DNA of 62,533 nucleotides, filler included, from Dicyema japonicum (Eukaryota; Animalia; Dicyemida), in assembly GCA_011109175.1 (NCBI GenBank). It is 9 parts of 9 records of this genome, joined end to end, with 100 filler letters (N's around TTAATTAATTAA, not from the genome) between each part and the next. Parts side by side here need not be neighbours in the genome. Positions count along the whole stretch, not along the records: positions 50,049 to 53,100 come from RDEW01000348.1; positions 53,201 to 56,639 come from RDEW01000148.1; positions 56,740 to 60,953 come from RDEW01000101.1; positions 61,054 to 62,533 come from RDEW01000097.1; 5 more parts are not named here. One strand, given 5' to 3'. The position numbers and the translations under genes are program-made. The notes beneath the pieces are model-generated. The model saw only the letters and a list, made by a program, of their open reading frames with translations, made no database searches and was not told the DNA's origin. The number at the start of each line of letters is the position of its first letter. The stretch's first letter is position 1. This document shows, in pieces, positions 50,648 through 62,533 of this stretch.

Positions 50648-53600
50648 TTCGGATATTCGAGTGCCATAATTGAAAATTGCATTAATTTATTCGAATGCTA
50701 ATCATTGATCTATTTTATAAATATTGAAATTTCTCCATCTTAATCATTTTTGTACATTTGAAGCTTTATATTAAGCCATTTCTGTACATAATTAGTTATT
50801 TTATTAAAAAACGAACATTATTGTGTTTGAAAGTACTCGGTCCCTATTTTGGAATCTGAAAAGAAATTCGAACTTCAAGGAAANGAAATGCAACTCATTT
50901 GAAATTCATTTTCCTATTACTTGAATAATTAAAAGCATTGAAAGTTTCAAAAATTATTTAATATCTTTTTTCTTGAACAAAAATTTCTAATCATATCAAA
51001 TACCAACTCAATCCCTTTTTTTATAAAAACTACATAAGAACTATTGATGTGTTTTGAGTAGCAGATTACCTCTTCGATGGCAATATGAATAACAAAAATA
51101 ATACGGATTCTGGCAAATTCGATTAGTTAAAATTCGATATTGGTTTGCTCCGATAGAAGAATAACTGTCAGAAATACAAAACGAGCATTCAGATCCTGAG
51201 AATAGTAAATAGGGATAAGTGAATGATGTTTCTGAATAGAATCTCGGACGAGGTTCGACTCATGACACTTGTAAACACTTTGCTGTTAGAGTAGGCACCA
51301 CTTATATAAATTTTTCCAAACTATCTGAGGAGTTCTGGGAGATTCACTGTTTTCATTGTGGTTCATTAGAAATCTGACGACGAGAATATTTAAGTCATGC
51401 ATAATGAAGTTTTCCCCAGAAGTATGGTTCGAGATTCACTGTTTTCATTGTGGTTCATTAGAAATCTGACGACGAGAATATTTAAGTCATGCATAATGAA
51501 GTTTTCCCCAGAGGTATGGTTCGTGAATAGAGAGAGTATACAGGAAAATATGTTTTTGCAAAGTTTGGAGAACTGGAGACTAAAAATTACTATGGAAGGT
51601 CTATTTCTTTTGGCCCATGATGGGTAAAGTTGAGGAATAATCAGGTAATTCCTTTAATTTTCAGAAGAGTTTTTCAGGAAGAGAGGTATGAGTCAGTAGG
51701 CCTTATTTTCCTGACTGCTATAGAATCTAAACCTAGTTAAGACAATTAGACATGACACGTACAAATTGATGATCGTATGTCTGAAGATTTTATTGACGTA
51801 AAAATACTATTGGAACCCCATATGGTACACGAATAAACACTCCTATTCATTTAATGAAGAGATGAAACACGTTTTTATCACAAAAGAGGCGTTCTTTTGG
51901 GGATTCTGAAATCTTTTCTAGGTAAAATGAAAATAAATTAGCCGATGATAGAAACAAAAATTATTCGTAAAATTTCACTGCGTCCTCATTTCCTAATAGA
52001 AATGGAAATCGAATTATTATTTTCAATTTGTGATAAATAGTTTGAATGGAGCAACGAGAAGTTTGTATTAAATAATTAAGATTCGGAGAAATCTTAATTT
52101 TTCTGTAAAATTTGTCCACGAATTACAAAATTTTTGTCTTCCCTATTAGTGATTATATTTTGTGAAACGAACCATTTGACTTCCCTAAATTTATTTAACA
52201 ACATTCTAATATTCTGTAGTCTGTACTCAAAAATCATAGCTCAATCATGGCGTAGTTTTTCAAAATAAATAAAGAAATTATATTTTTTGATAATCGATGT
52301 GAATTCACAAACTAATTTTGATTGTTGTAATATTAATAATTCCAAATCAAGAAAAAAAGTGGACATCATTAGATTAAAAATTGATATTTAATACAAACTA
52401 ATTTTGATTGTTGTAATATTAATAATTCCAAATCAAGAAAAAAAGTGGACATCATTAGATTAAAAATTGATATTTAATAATTATTATTAGAGATCTATCT
52501 AGTTTGGATCCATTTTATCTTCATCCAAAATTTTATTGTCTAAATAAATCATAGAATTTATTTTAATGTTATTCAGATTTTTGGGAGTTTCATTCGAAGT
52601 GTTATTTTGAACAGGATCTTGCTAATAATATATATATAAACCTAAAGCTTCACACAAAAATCCAAATTTATATTCACAATTTATATCAGTCCATAATCCA
52701 TTTGGTTGAACCGATACAATACAGTCTTCGTTATTCCAATTATTCGGTTCATTTGTCCTCCAGTTAAAAAAAGTCTTATGAATTAAATATTTTCAGTACC
52801 TGCCTATTTTTATAGGAATCTCTATAGTCTCCTTCTGTCACAATGTCATTAACTCCTATTAAAAAATTGAGTTTTTTCGTTTTAACAAAATTTTCTGAGT
52901 GTAAAAATAAAATATACCCAATATATATTGATTGATAAGTTCATTGTCAATGATAGCCAATGTTCCATTCTTTTTTTTGCAATGTTTCATAGCGTTTTGA
53001 TAGTTCATTGCAGTTGTTACAAATGTATAACATTTTCCATTGAAGCAGCCTTAATGATAGTGATTAGATCAATGAAATTACTTCCTGATGATACGACGCT
53101 NNNNNNNNNNNNNNNNNNNNNNNNNNNNNNNNNNNNNNNNNNNNTTAATTAATTAANNNNNNNNNNNNNNNNNNNNNNNNNNNNNNNNNNNNNNNNNNNN
53201 GGGGGCGATTTATTCTGCCAGGGGGGCGATGGTTGATTGGTAATATTTGAAAAATTAAAATCTTATGTTAGAAGTCGGTAATCTTTGAAAAAATAAAGAT
53301 ATATAATCATTTTTATTATATTTTATTTAAATTTCTAAGCGTGATTTCTAGTTATCTTTATGGGTCGTGTTCAAAAAAAAGTCAGAATGTATAAAGATGA
53401 ATATATTTCTCTTGGATTTTTAAAAACTTAAATGAAGTTTCATTGGCTTTACAAGGAGATTATGTTAATTTAATTGATTGAAAACGAATTATAAATACAT
53501 TCATTGAAAAAATGCAATTTTACAAATTTAATTTAAGTAATAGAAAATTTGGAAATTCGATTTTTATGACCACACTTTTGGTGAAAACGATTTGAAAATT

Positions 53601-53684
53601 TCTGAATTTCATTTATAATCTTTGGACCAAGATTTGAAAAAAAGATTTAATTAATTAAAATTTTTCTGATTGATGATCCTATTA

Positions 53685-53895
53685 AAATTATGGCTGAGTG
53701 GTCTAGAACCTGTCGTTATCTCTCAGGGTCGCGGGTTCGAGTCTCAGCGGCTGCCTGTGCTGGAAGCTCCGTTCGGGTTTGACGAGTAACGGCCGTCATG
53801 GACATCTCATCATACACGGACTCCGCATGGAACGGATCTCCGGATGGGATGTCGAGCTTCCTACCGTTTTGAACAGCCGCACTACAACAAAAAGA
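53685..53895 (+). ncRNA. Pol III-type (A/B-box) structured RNA or second SINE subfamily
   Basis: A-box TGGCTGAGTGG at 53691-53701, B-box GGTTCGAGTCT at 53734-53744, four nested or adjacent helices, A-rich end; shares GGGTTTGACGAGT.ACG.CGTCAT with the SINE core. Confidence 0.68.
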
Positions 53896-56739
53896 AAAAC
53901 TTAAGACAAGAGAAACTAAAAGGACCTCCTTACTCGGATTTAATTAGAATACTTAACTCTCTTGTTCTCTCTCTTGCTCTTAAAAAGAATTGTGTGGCTT
54001 GCACGAGCGAAACCCTAGGCACTTAGGTGCTTATGGCAACGCGGTAGTGCTATTTACATTTTTACAATCGAAGGTTTTCTAATGTCACACAAACTTTCAA
54101 AAACTATTGATTTCGAATAGTTATCATATTCGAGCAAAAATATTCTAGTTTTATGATTTCTATCTCATTTTTTAAGAACTACTTTTATGGAATTCAAAAT
54201 ACCATTCATTAATTGTATAACGTCTAAGTTGGCGTAGGTCAAGTTTGAATTAAGAACAACGATCCTATTTTATTTAAAAAATGTAATTGTGATAACCAAG
54301 AAACCACGTAGGTATTCTATTTTGTATCTCAACATAGAATTCATAAGCACCTAACGGAAGAAAGATAAAGTCACGGTTTATTTTAAAAATCTAATCCGAT
54401 TTTTAGTCATCTACTAAAATGCTTTGTCAATTCTTTCTCGTTTTGATGGATTTTTATCAAATGGATAATATATTTTAGTCTTATTGTCATATTCATTTTG
54501 CTTTATTAATTTTTTAGTAATTTAATACATGGCAAATTCAATTAATACAAAGCCCAGGTAGTGGATTGTGGCATGGAATTTTATTGAGTACTTTATCTTA
54601 TAATATTGTATAATTGTTTGTTAGATGGAAACCAATGAATTCCGAATTCCTCAGATTGAAAAATCGTGGATAGCCAATTATAATTTTTATTTGAAAATCG
54701 AACAGAATTAAATCGCGAGCGCTGTATTCTTATAAAATCCTGTTCTTCTCCGATGCATTTCTGAGAAAGATGTAATACAACAACCCCAACTTTTGACTAC
54801 AATCTGCGTATCTCATTTGAACTTGGTTAGATATAATTAAATCAGTTAGAAATATGAAGAACCAAGTTGTTCGATTGGGAATCCAGAGCAAAATCGACCA
54901 AAAATTCGTAACGTTTAACCATCTAGAATCATTCTGTTCCTAAAAAACTAGAAAATATACGTGAAATACCTCAATGTGAATATGGTAGTTATTATTTTGG
55001 AAATAATTAAAAAGAACAAGTAGTATTAGCATTATATTATCCGAATCCCCAGAACAAATAAAATAGATAACGATTTAATCACAATAAATGCATGTTATCG
55101 ACTTTAACTGAAATTCTGCTATGGGAATATCACGAGTCTTAAATAGTAAAAATATTTTTGATATGGAAAATTAATGATGGCTACTAGTAAAAATGAATTC
55201 AGTAATTAATAATCACAATAATTTTGAATTATTTATTTAATTCGTGGAATTACGGACAAGATTTCATTTCCATATGCCGAATCTTGTTCGATGTAGCTTG
55301 AAACCGAATCTTTTATCGAATCCTATTTATTTATATAAATCAATTAACCGAGAAATTACGTATTTGTTAAGTTTCGTAATCATTATTTTGTAAAAATTCA
55401 TTNTATGCCGAATCTTGTTCGATGTAGCTTGAAACCGAATCTTTTATCGAATCCTATTTATATAAATCAATTAACCGAGAAATTACGTATTTGTTGAGTT
55501 TCGTAATCATTATTTTGTAAAAATTCATTATTAGGTTGTTCTTTACATTTGTCATTTTGAGATAAACCACAAACCTCTATAAGTTCAATGTTCATGTCCT
55601 ATTAATATTTTTAGAAAAATCAAACAAATATAATTAAAAATATATGTATTCTTAGTGCGTAAATAAACCAACGAAAGATTAAGCATAGAAATTGTGTAAA
55701 TAATACTTTAAATCTAAATAAAACCATCAGTTAGTCAGAAAACTTGTTATAGAACTAAAATGTTATGAGTAAAGAAAGCAAAGGATTTCTCAGATGAACA
55801 ATTATTATCACCTATCTTAATAATTATCAATAAAAGTCTCAATTCATCAGAGGAAATAAATAATAACCAGATTCATAGTTCATTAAATAAGTTAAAAAAT
55901 AGAGAACAACGAACGAGCAATGAAAAATAAACGTTGCAGTCATAAATTAATGTTTTCAGTATTTTTATATGAAATAATTATAAAATTATATAATTAAAAA
56001 ATGTTGCTTTACAAAATAATTTATCCGATGCTCAGTGATTTTCGATGATAGATTTAAGTAAACAAATCGGAACCGAAAGAGGAAGTTTACCAGAGACAGT
56101 AAAAACACCGCCATTGCATTAGGAGAGTTTCGATCGCTATGTTCAAACATGATGCTCTAGCTACAGACTTCTAATNTAAATAATAACCAGATTCATATTT
56201 CATTAAATAAGTTAAAAAATAGAGAACAACGAACGAGCAATGAAAAATAAACGTTGCAGTCATAAATTAATGTTTTCAGTATTTTTATATGAAATAATTA
56301 TAAAATTATATAATTAAAAAATGTTGCTTTACAAAATAATTTATCCGATGCTCAGTGATTTTCGATGATAGATTTAAGTAAACAAATCGGAACCGAAAGA
56401 GGAAGTTTACCAGAGACAGTAAAAACACCGCCGTTGCATTAGGAAGTTTCGATCGCTATGTTCAAACATGATTCTCTAGCTACAGACTTCTAATTAATAA
56501 TATGAGCATTAATAAAAATTTATCATACTTATCAAAAATTCAAAACAGTATTCTTTAGGCCTACTTTTCGGAATATATCAATTCAGTTTATTTGGGGGTA
56601 AACTCGGAACTAAATAAAAATCTCTGGAAAATATTTTGANNNNNNNNNNNNNNNNNNNNNNNNNNNNNNNNNNNNNNNNNNNNTTAATTAATTAANNNNN
56701 NNNNNNNNNNNNNNNNNNNNNNNNNNNNNNNNNNNNNNN

Positions 56740-57570
56740 TCAGGAAATACTCGGTGTGACCTTTGACACCCAATTCTCTTTCTCTAAGCATATTGACAAC
56801 CTTACAACCAAACTAACGAAAAGATTAAACTTCGTAAAGGCCTTTCTTGGTACTTGCTCTGGAATACAACAACCCTGGCTCGGCACTTTATACAAACAAT
56901 ATCTCGAACCCTCCATTGAATATGCTTGTGGCGCCTGGGGACCATATCTGGCCCCAACGAACCTGCAGAAGATCTCGAACCAACAGCGAAAGGCTGCGAA
57001 ATCTATCTCCACTTTCACTGAACNATTGGAAGCTGTATGAACTGACTGGTTAAGTTCTTGGATTTTGACTGCTTTTGATATTCTTCTCTCCATTGTTGAT
57101 GAGAGGTCGTTTTGGGCTGTTTGTTTGGAGAGCCAATTGGCACTGTCCGTATTTGAAAATATTAACATTTGTTTGGCTCTTGTGACAGGTCAGAATCAAA
57201 CCGGTCGCCTAAGTATTATTCTCTTTAAGTTCAGGCGTTCATTGGAAAACATGCTTTCTTGGAGATATTTCGAAACAGAGGATTTGTAATTGTCTACAGC
57301 GAAAGGCTGCGAAATCTATCTCTACTTTCACTGAACGGCCTATAAAGCCAACGGCCTTCGAAACGCTAGTAAGGAGAGCGGGCTCTGTGTTTTACGGTAA
57401 AACATGCTGGCAACAGCCCAGGCCCTTGGATCCTCGCCCATTCAGAAGATGCGTCGGATCCACGGCCGAACACAGAGAGAGGATGCGTAGTCTCATCGGC
57501 AATGTCGGGATCACCTAATTAATCTTGTTTTCTGGCCTGACGGTGCTCTTGGTTTAAATAAATAATAATC
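56740..57570 (+). mobile_element. LINE RT C-terminal region and 3' end; 57025-57295 is an inverted internal LINE piece joined at N57024
   Basis: ILGVTFDTQFSFSKHIDNL...LYKQYLEPSIEYACGAW; ends GGGATCACC...GGTGCTCTTGGTTTAAATAAATAATAAT. A ~40-bp repeat (56985-57023 and 57296-57337) flanks the inverted piece. Confidence 0.8.
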
Positions 57571-57834
57571 ACATCAACACCAGCAGTCTTCCCTTCACTT
57601 TCTTGTTGTTCAACACTGAGGAACCGTTACTACTGAGAGCATGAAAAGATTCCAAAAAGAAAAATTAAGTAGAAAATCGAGTCTTTCCAATTAATATGAT
57701 CAAACCTTCTTTTATTTGATTACGGGTTAGAGAAGCCTCGTAAAACACTTAAATTGTTCTTTTAAATGATTTTTTAAGTTCTTGGAAGAATGTCCATCTA
57801 GAAACATACTTTTATATACAGCGATTGATTTTTT

Positions 57835-57920
57835 AATTATTATTAAACACCAAGACCACGGTAAAAACCGAACAAAAGTCACTTGATCCCGACGCATTCA
57901 ACCAGTGACCGCATCCTCGC
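57835..57920 (-). mobile_element. LINE-family 3' end facing the 57570 end
   Basis: Minus strand GAGGATGCG...GTCGGGATCA...GTGGTCTTGGTGTTTAATAATAAT aligns with 57477-57570. Confidence 0.55.
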
Positions 57921-58019
57921 TATAAAACAGTCTATTGTGTGTATTTAATAATAAAATTAGTCCTAGGAGTATGTGAGATGAATTAGATTTAATTTTATCG
58001 CTTATTAGTGAATAATTTT

Positions 58020-58110
58020 ATCGGTTTGACGAGTGACGCCGTCATCAGTGGTCCTCCACTGCGGAACCGGATTGTCTGTAAAGGACTCACACGCAATTAA
58101 CAAGCACACG
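58020..58110 (+). mobile_element. 5'-truncated SINE copy (core only)
   Basis: GGTTTGACGAGTGACGCCGTCATCAGTGG...CCACTGCGGAACCGGATTGTCT is nearly identical to the 31.7-kb copy. Confidence 0.72.
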
Positions 58111-58159
58111 GCAAAACAACGTTAGTAAAGTTATCTGCGAACCTCTTCTCCGNTAAGGA

Positions 58160-59066
58160 CGATATCTTTATTTTACTCAACCTGGTTAAAGAGAACCCCC
58201 AAAAAACAGCTGATTGCTTAAGGAATGATCTACGTAAAATAACCGGCAGAACAGTCGGTAAAAGATCCATCGCAAATTATTTAAGAAGAGAGCAAATATA
58301 TGCTCGTGTATGTAAAAAAAACCATTTTTGAACAAAATAAATAGTGAAAAACGCTATAACATGTCAAAGCATTTCATTACTGTGCCAAACACTGAATGGA
58401 TGAGGACAATTTTCAGTGACGAATGCAGTTTCGAAGTTTTTAATTTTAAAAAACGGCAATATTGTTATCGGAAAAACAATACAGGTTTTCAAAAAAGCAA
58501 CCTTTCGCCTACTGTAAAATTTGGTGGGGGAAAAGTTATGGTCTGGGGCTGTNGTTTTATCTTTTTAAGCGTAAAACTGTACCAAACACTGAATGGATGA
58601 GGACAATTTTCAGTGACGAATGCAGTTTCCAAGTTTTTAATATTAAAAAACGGCAATATTGTTATCGGAAAAACAATACAGGCCTTCAAAAAAGCAACCT
58701 TTCGCCTACTGTAAAATTTGGTGGGGGAAAGGTTATGGTCTGGGGCTGTTTTTCCTATTACGGAATGGGCTCGCTTGCTTTTATACACGGGAATATGAAT
58801 TCCGCACTTTATATCAACACACTATGTAACCATTTATGGGAATCCGCAGAAAAATGGAGCTTAGTGACTTTATTTTCCAACAAGACATGGCTCCATGTCA
58901 TAGTTCCAAGATGACTATGCGATTTTTTCAAGAAAAGAAAGTAAACCTTTTACCATGGGCACCTCTCAATCACCGGATTTAAATCCGATCGAACATATAT
59001 GGGCTCATATGAAGAGGGAATTAAACACCTTCCACCCAAAGAATGTTTCGGAGTTGAAAGATTTGA
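58160..59066 (+). mobile_element. Tc1-family (DD34E) transposase pseudogene; internal duplication at N58553
   Basis: IFSDECSF; PTVKFGGGKVMVWGCFS; FQQDMAPCH; SPDLNPIEHIW; 34 residues between the second D and the E; frameshifts near 58865 and 58963. Confidence 0.9.
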
Positions 59067-59414
59067 GGTTCAGCTCCATTTCATCCTCGCAAAAAAACGC
59101 AATTTTAGACCAGTTCTATTGTAGAATAAAACTCCATTTTCGAATGTAACAGATTCAGATAGTTTCCTGATTCTGAACCTCTCGAAGCGGCTCATGCTAT
59201 CAGGAAATCCAATTTCTGAATTTTTTTCTTTGATATTTTGTATAATACTGAGAATTTCTTTAGTTAGTCTCACTATCTGCATACTTTCACGCTTCTTTAT
59301 TTAAACTTAAAAAGACGGATTTTATTAAAATTAATAACTAATTAATCATTTCCAATGACGATTTGTATTAATTTATCTTTTTTCGATATGATGTTTTGTC
59401 ATTTTGATGTAGCC

Positions 59415-59588
59415 GTTTATTTATTTATTTAACCCCATTCCCCCCTGAAATTGGAAGGAATGCGGCACGAAGAAAACCGACAGACCTCTTAGGGTCACAC
59501 CATAAGTTAAGGATGGAGTTAATCTTGTATGATCTCCTTATAGCGGCGAGGTTTTTGCATTCCAGGACGACGTGCGTTACTGTGTGTC
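59415..59588 (-). mobile_element. LINE C-terminal zinc-knuckle fragment with (TAAA)n tail
   Basis: TVTHVVLECKNLAAIRR...DPKRSVGFLR followed by GGGGTTAAATAAATAAATAAA. Confidence 0.6.
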
Positions 59589-59599
59589 NTACCTCGATA

Positions 59600-59886
59600 G
59601 GGAATTTGATGTAAATATTACTTGAAATTCAATGCGACACTACACTTAAATCAAAATATTTTTTGAATTGGATATTTTGAGCTTCTACAAAAATTTTGTA
59701 TGTGTCAAAAAATATCAACAATTAACCGACAATGCTAAGAAAATGGCTTGTATATTTGGAAGTACATTTTTATGTGAACAGTTATTCTCCAAAATGAATA
59801 ATGTAAAAAATTGTCTGAGAACGAGGATGACCGATTCACATCTTAACGATATATTACGTTTAGCAACTAGTCAGATTAATGAGTAA
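59600..59886 (+). mobile_element. hAT (Spin/GTF2IRD2-like) transposase dimerisation-domain fragment
   Basis: FYKNF...AKKMACIFGSTFLCEQLFSKMNNVKNCLRTRMTDSHLNDILRLAT. Confidence 0.82.
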
Positions 59887-60199
59887 AATAAATTCACTTC
59901 TTTGTAATCATTTTTAACTAATAAATCTGCAAGCGTTGCCCTGGAACGGTTAGTTCCCGGCAAAACAGATAGTTTGTGCGTTGGGGGAGTGCAAGGGTGG
60001 TGAATCACGATTGCAAACGAAACGAGATCTGGACGTACAAGTAAAGACAGTTTAGTATTATAACTAAACGTATTAAAGAAAAGAAAAATATGGTTTAATT
60101 GAACACAATAGCGAGAGAAGAAAATAACAAAGAATTAGCCCAACAAAAAATTAGCGCTTGAAAGCAAGAACCACGAAGGTCCCAACTGCAGTTTTTCCC

Positions 60200-60860
60200 G
60201 ATTTAACATAGACGTAATAAGATGGATCGGATATCTAAGCAGCAGATTTTTCTTATTTCCCTCAACGAGTTCAAGTTTTGGATAGGATCGCATCTATCGT
60301 GTCAATACTCCGCTCATGCAAGTCCTCCAGCGGACTGCTTAGCTCCAGGCCGAATGCCAGTTTGATGGCAAAACGTCTGGTTTTTTGAGTTTGGCGATTA
60401 GATGGTCTCTTTCGCCGTTTGATACTAGCCTTCCGATCGAGATATTAGTAGGCTGAATGCAGGTCCGGTAAACGTGAAGAAACGTTTATATGTTAAGATG
60501 GAAATGCCTCGGTCCTTTTAGGATCTTTGCACATTGTTTACGCTTTGCGTCCACATGTAATTTGTAGAACCCGGTGATGTCTACTGTTACTCCCAAGTAG
60601 TATAGGTTCCACGATATTATTAGGGTCCCATAATCTACGAACGTCGGTTTTTTGTCTCGGCCAATCGAAATCCATACGGTTCAAATCTGCTCCAAGACAA
60701 CCTCCTCCCGTGTCGGGGTCCCCGCATTGAGACATCCGTAACCAAGATGATTAGTTTGCTCTTCGAAAAGGGGGGTTTTTGGACATCTGTCAGGAATAAA
60801 TTGAAGAGCGAAGGTCTTAAAGTTTTCCTCGGCACTTCGACCGCCTTCACTCTTTCCAAA
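60200..60860 (-). mobile_element. Degenerate LINE reverse transcriptase fragment
   Basis: VP...LRPSLFNLFLTDVQKPP (GVPQGS.L.P.LFN.Y..D motif) and YLGVTVD. Confidence 0.55.
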
Positions 60861-62533
60861 ACCTAGAACATTCAGAAAGCACTGATTTTATTTTTTCGAG
60901 GTCAAAATCGTCTATTTGGTGGGTGACTGTCGGGATACGATGTTTCATACTTTNNNNNNNNNNNNNNNNNNNNNNNNNNNNNNNNNNNNNNNNNNNNTTA
61001 ATTAATTAANNNNNNNNNNNNNNNNNNNNNNNNNNNNNNNNNNNNNNNNNNNNGTAAATCTAATGATACGTGACTTCCTCTAATAATGAATTACCACTTG
61101 TAATTTCACCTTCTGTGCCAGGAATTACCGTTTCCCCACCTTTCTTTCAATTCAATTTGCACCATAAATTGTTCCTCGATTGCTTCATGGACATTTCTAC
61201 TTCTTCTACCTCTCGCAACTTCTCTTCCACCATTAATACACTTTTCTCATTGATTAAATTAATAGCTGCTTTTATCAACTTATTTTTTAAATCGATTAAT
61301 GACCAATTCCCCTATCTTGGCCACGCGCACATCAGAGACCGGGTTGCGAAAGTGAATCCGAGAGGGCCGCCAAAGTATCAGGCAAATGGACTCATCTTCC
61401 GATATTAAAAAAGTATTTAATTGAATCTCATAAATAAAATCAGCCGGAAATAAAGGTCAACAAGGCGCGCAATTAAAATTTCATGATTCCCCACTCTCCC
61501 GTCCAGCTTTAAAGCTCCTTCTCGATAGTCTACATAAAGGGATAGAAAACAAAATTCCTACTCTGAACCTTTTTTAAAAACTATGGCAGCCAATAGGAAA
61601 GCATTCCCCGTTTTTACCAGCATTACACCATCCACCATTGTGAGGCTAAGATTAGCGTCTCTTTGGCTGTATCCTTCGTTCAAATAAAGCATAACTGATA
61701 TGGAAATGAGAGACTTTGTGCCTCCTAAAGTCTCTATCACCATACGACAGTAAGGCTTCTTTCTCTCTTGACTCATAAATGCACGTGGGCTGCATGATGA
61801 TCAAAATAGGCGTGAGCTGGCTCATGATCGTAGAATCTCCAAAATATCAACCTGCTGCTGCAGAAAACCAAGATAAAGAAGCAACACATGATGAATATTA
61901 TTGCCTACACGTTTATGTTCCTCTCCTCCGAATCCCGAATTATGGATTTGGTTTCGCTGTGCTTAAGAATATAGAACCATATGATAGCTAATAAAGAGGA
62001 TCAATGGTCGGATGAGCATTATAAAATACCGGAATGGGAAAAACAAGAATTCTATAGTATATAGATCAAAAAGTATTATAAAAAACAAATCAGTTATTAT
62101 GATCACGCATTGAGAGATCATAGCTTTGTTTCGACACCATTCTGTTTCGATGATACGGCCACTATCGTGATAATTTTTTTGCAAATACAATAAAATTTTA
62201 AAATTGTGATCAAAAAGTAGTATTAAAATATTGCATTTTAGACTAAAAATGGATTTTTTATATAAATAAGCTAAAACTTTGGAACCCAAATGGCAAAAAG
62301 ACCAAAATTTAAATAGATTTTTGAATGGCTGTCTGCTCTAACAATAGTTATTGAGATGGGTTCTTGAAGCCATCCAGTCTCGCGTTGATTTTTGGTAACT
62401 TTTTGGATCATTAATCCGGTTCGATGGACTACGTTTACTAAATTCAATTAACTTGAATAAAACGTTTTTAAATATTAAAACAAATCAATTAGTTAATTAG
62501 TTGTCTCGACCTCATTAACATGTGGGAGGTTAT

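Noticed and set aside
51050-51990. Micro-intron gene upstream of actin
   Set aside because: Some GT-AG segments of 20-38 nt exist, but no stop-free model could be built.
54520-55080. Multi-exon gene in the AT-rich region
   Set aside because: Exon-like pieces end in stops in every model tried; possibly a decayed gene.
61558-61800. MFS or monocarboxylate transporter fragment
   Set aside because: Only a vague hydrophobic pattern; no consistent exon structure or diagnostic motif.

Overview
Draft eukaryotic (animal) genome scaffold, AT-rich, with 8 artificial 100-nt linkers (N44-TTAATTAATTAA-N44), two sized gaps and many ~100-300 bp overlap duplications that are probably assembly artefacts. Bases 1-15550 are a satellite of ~59-bp monomers arranged in 4/7/8/10-mer higher-order units. 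The rest is a mosaic of decayed transposons (APE-type, RTE, R4-like and CRE-like non-LTR elements; Merlin, pogo/Tigger, Tc1, hAT), a structured tRNA-headed SINE family and compact gene islands. The ORF track misses or fragments most genes because they are split by ultra-short GT-AG introns: 26 of the 33 I modelled by hand are 21-25 nt. Rebuilt genes are rootletin (5' part), a BC-box/F-box-like LRR protein, a LAMP-like/mucin/GPI-like surface protein, a CAP-Gly protein (3' part), an ankyrin-less BARD1, a glucosylceramide synthase with changed active-site residues, SNAPC2 (3' part) and a divergent actin (5' part). Metazoan genes with conserved intron positions but ~22-nt introns suggest a dicyemid mesozoan; this is inference only. 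All homology calls rest on manual translation and remembered family motifs; no database search was run.
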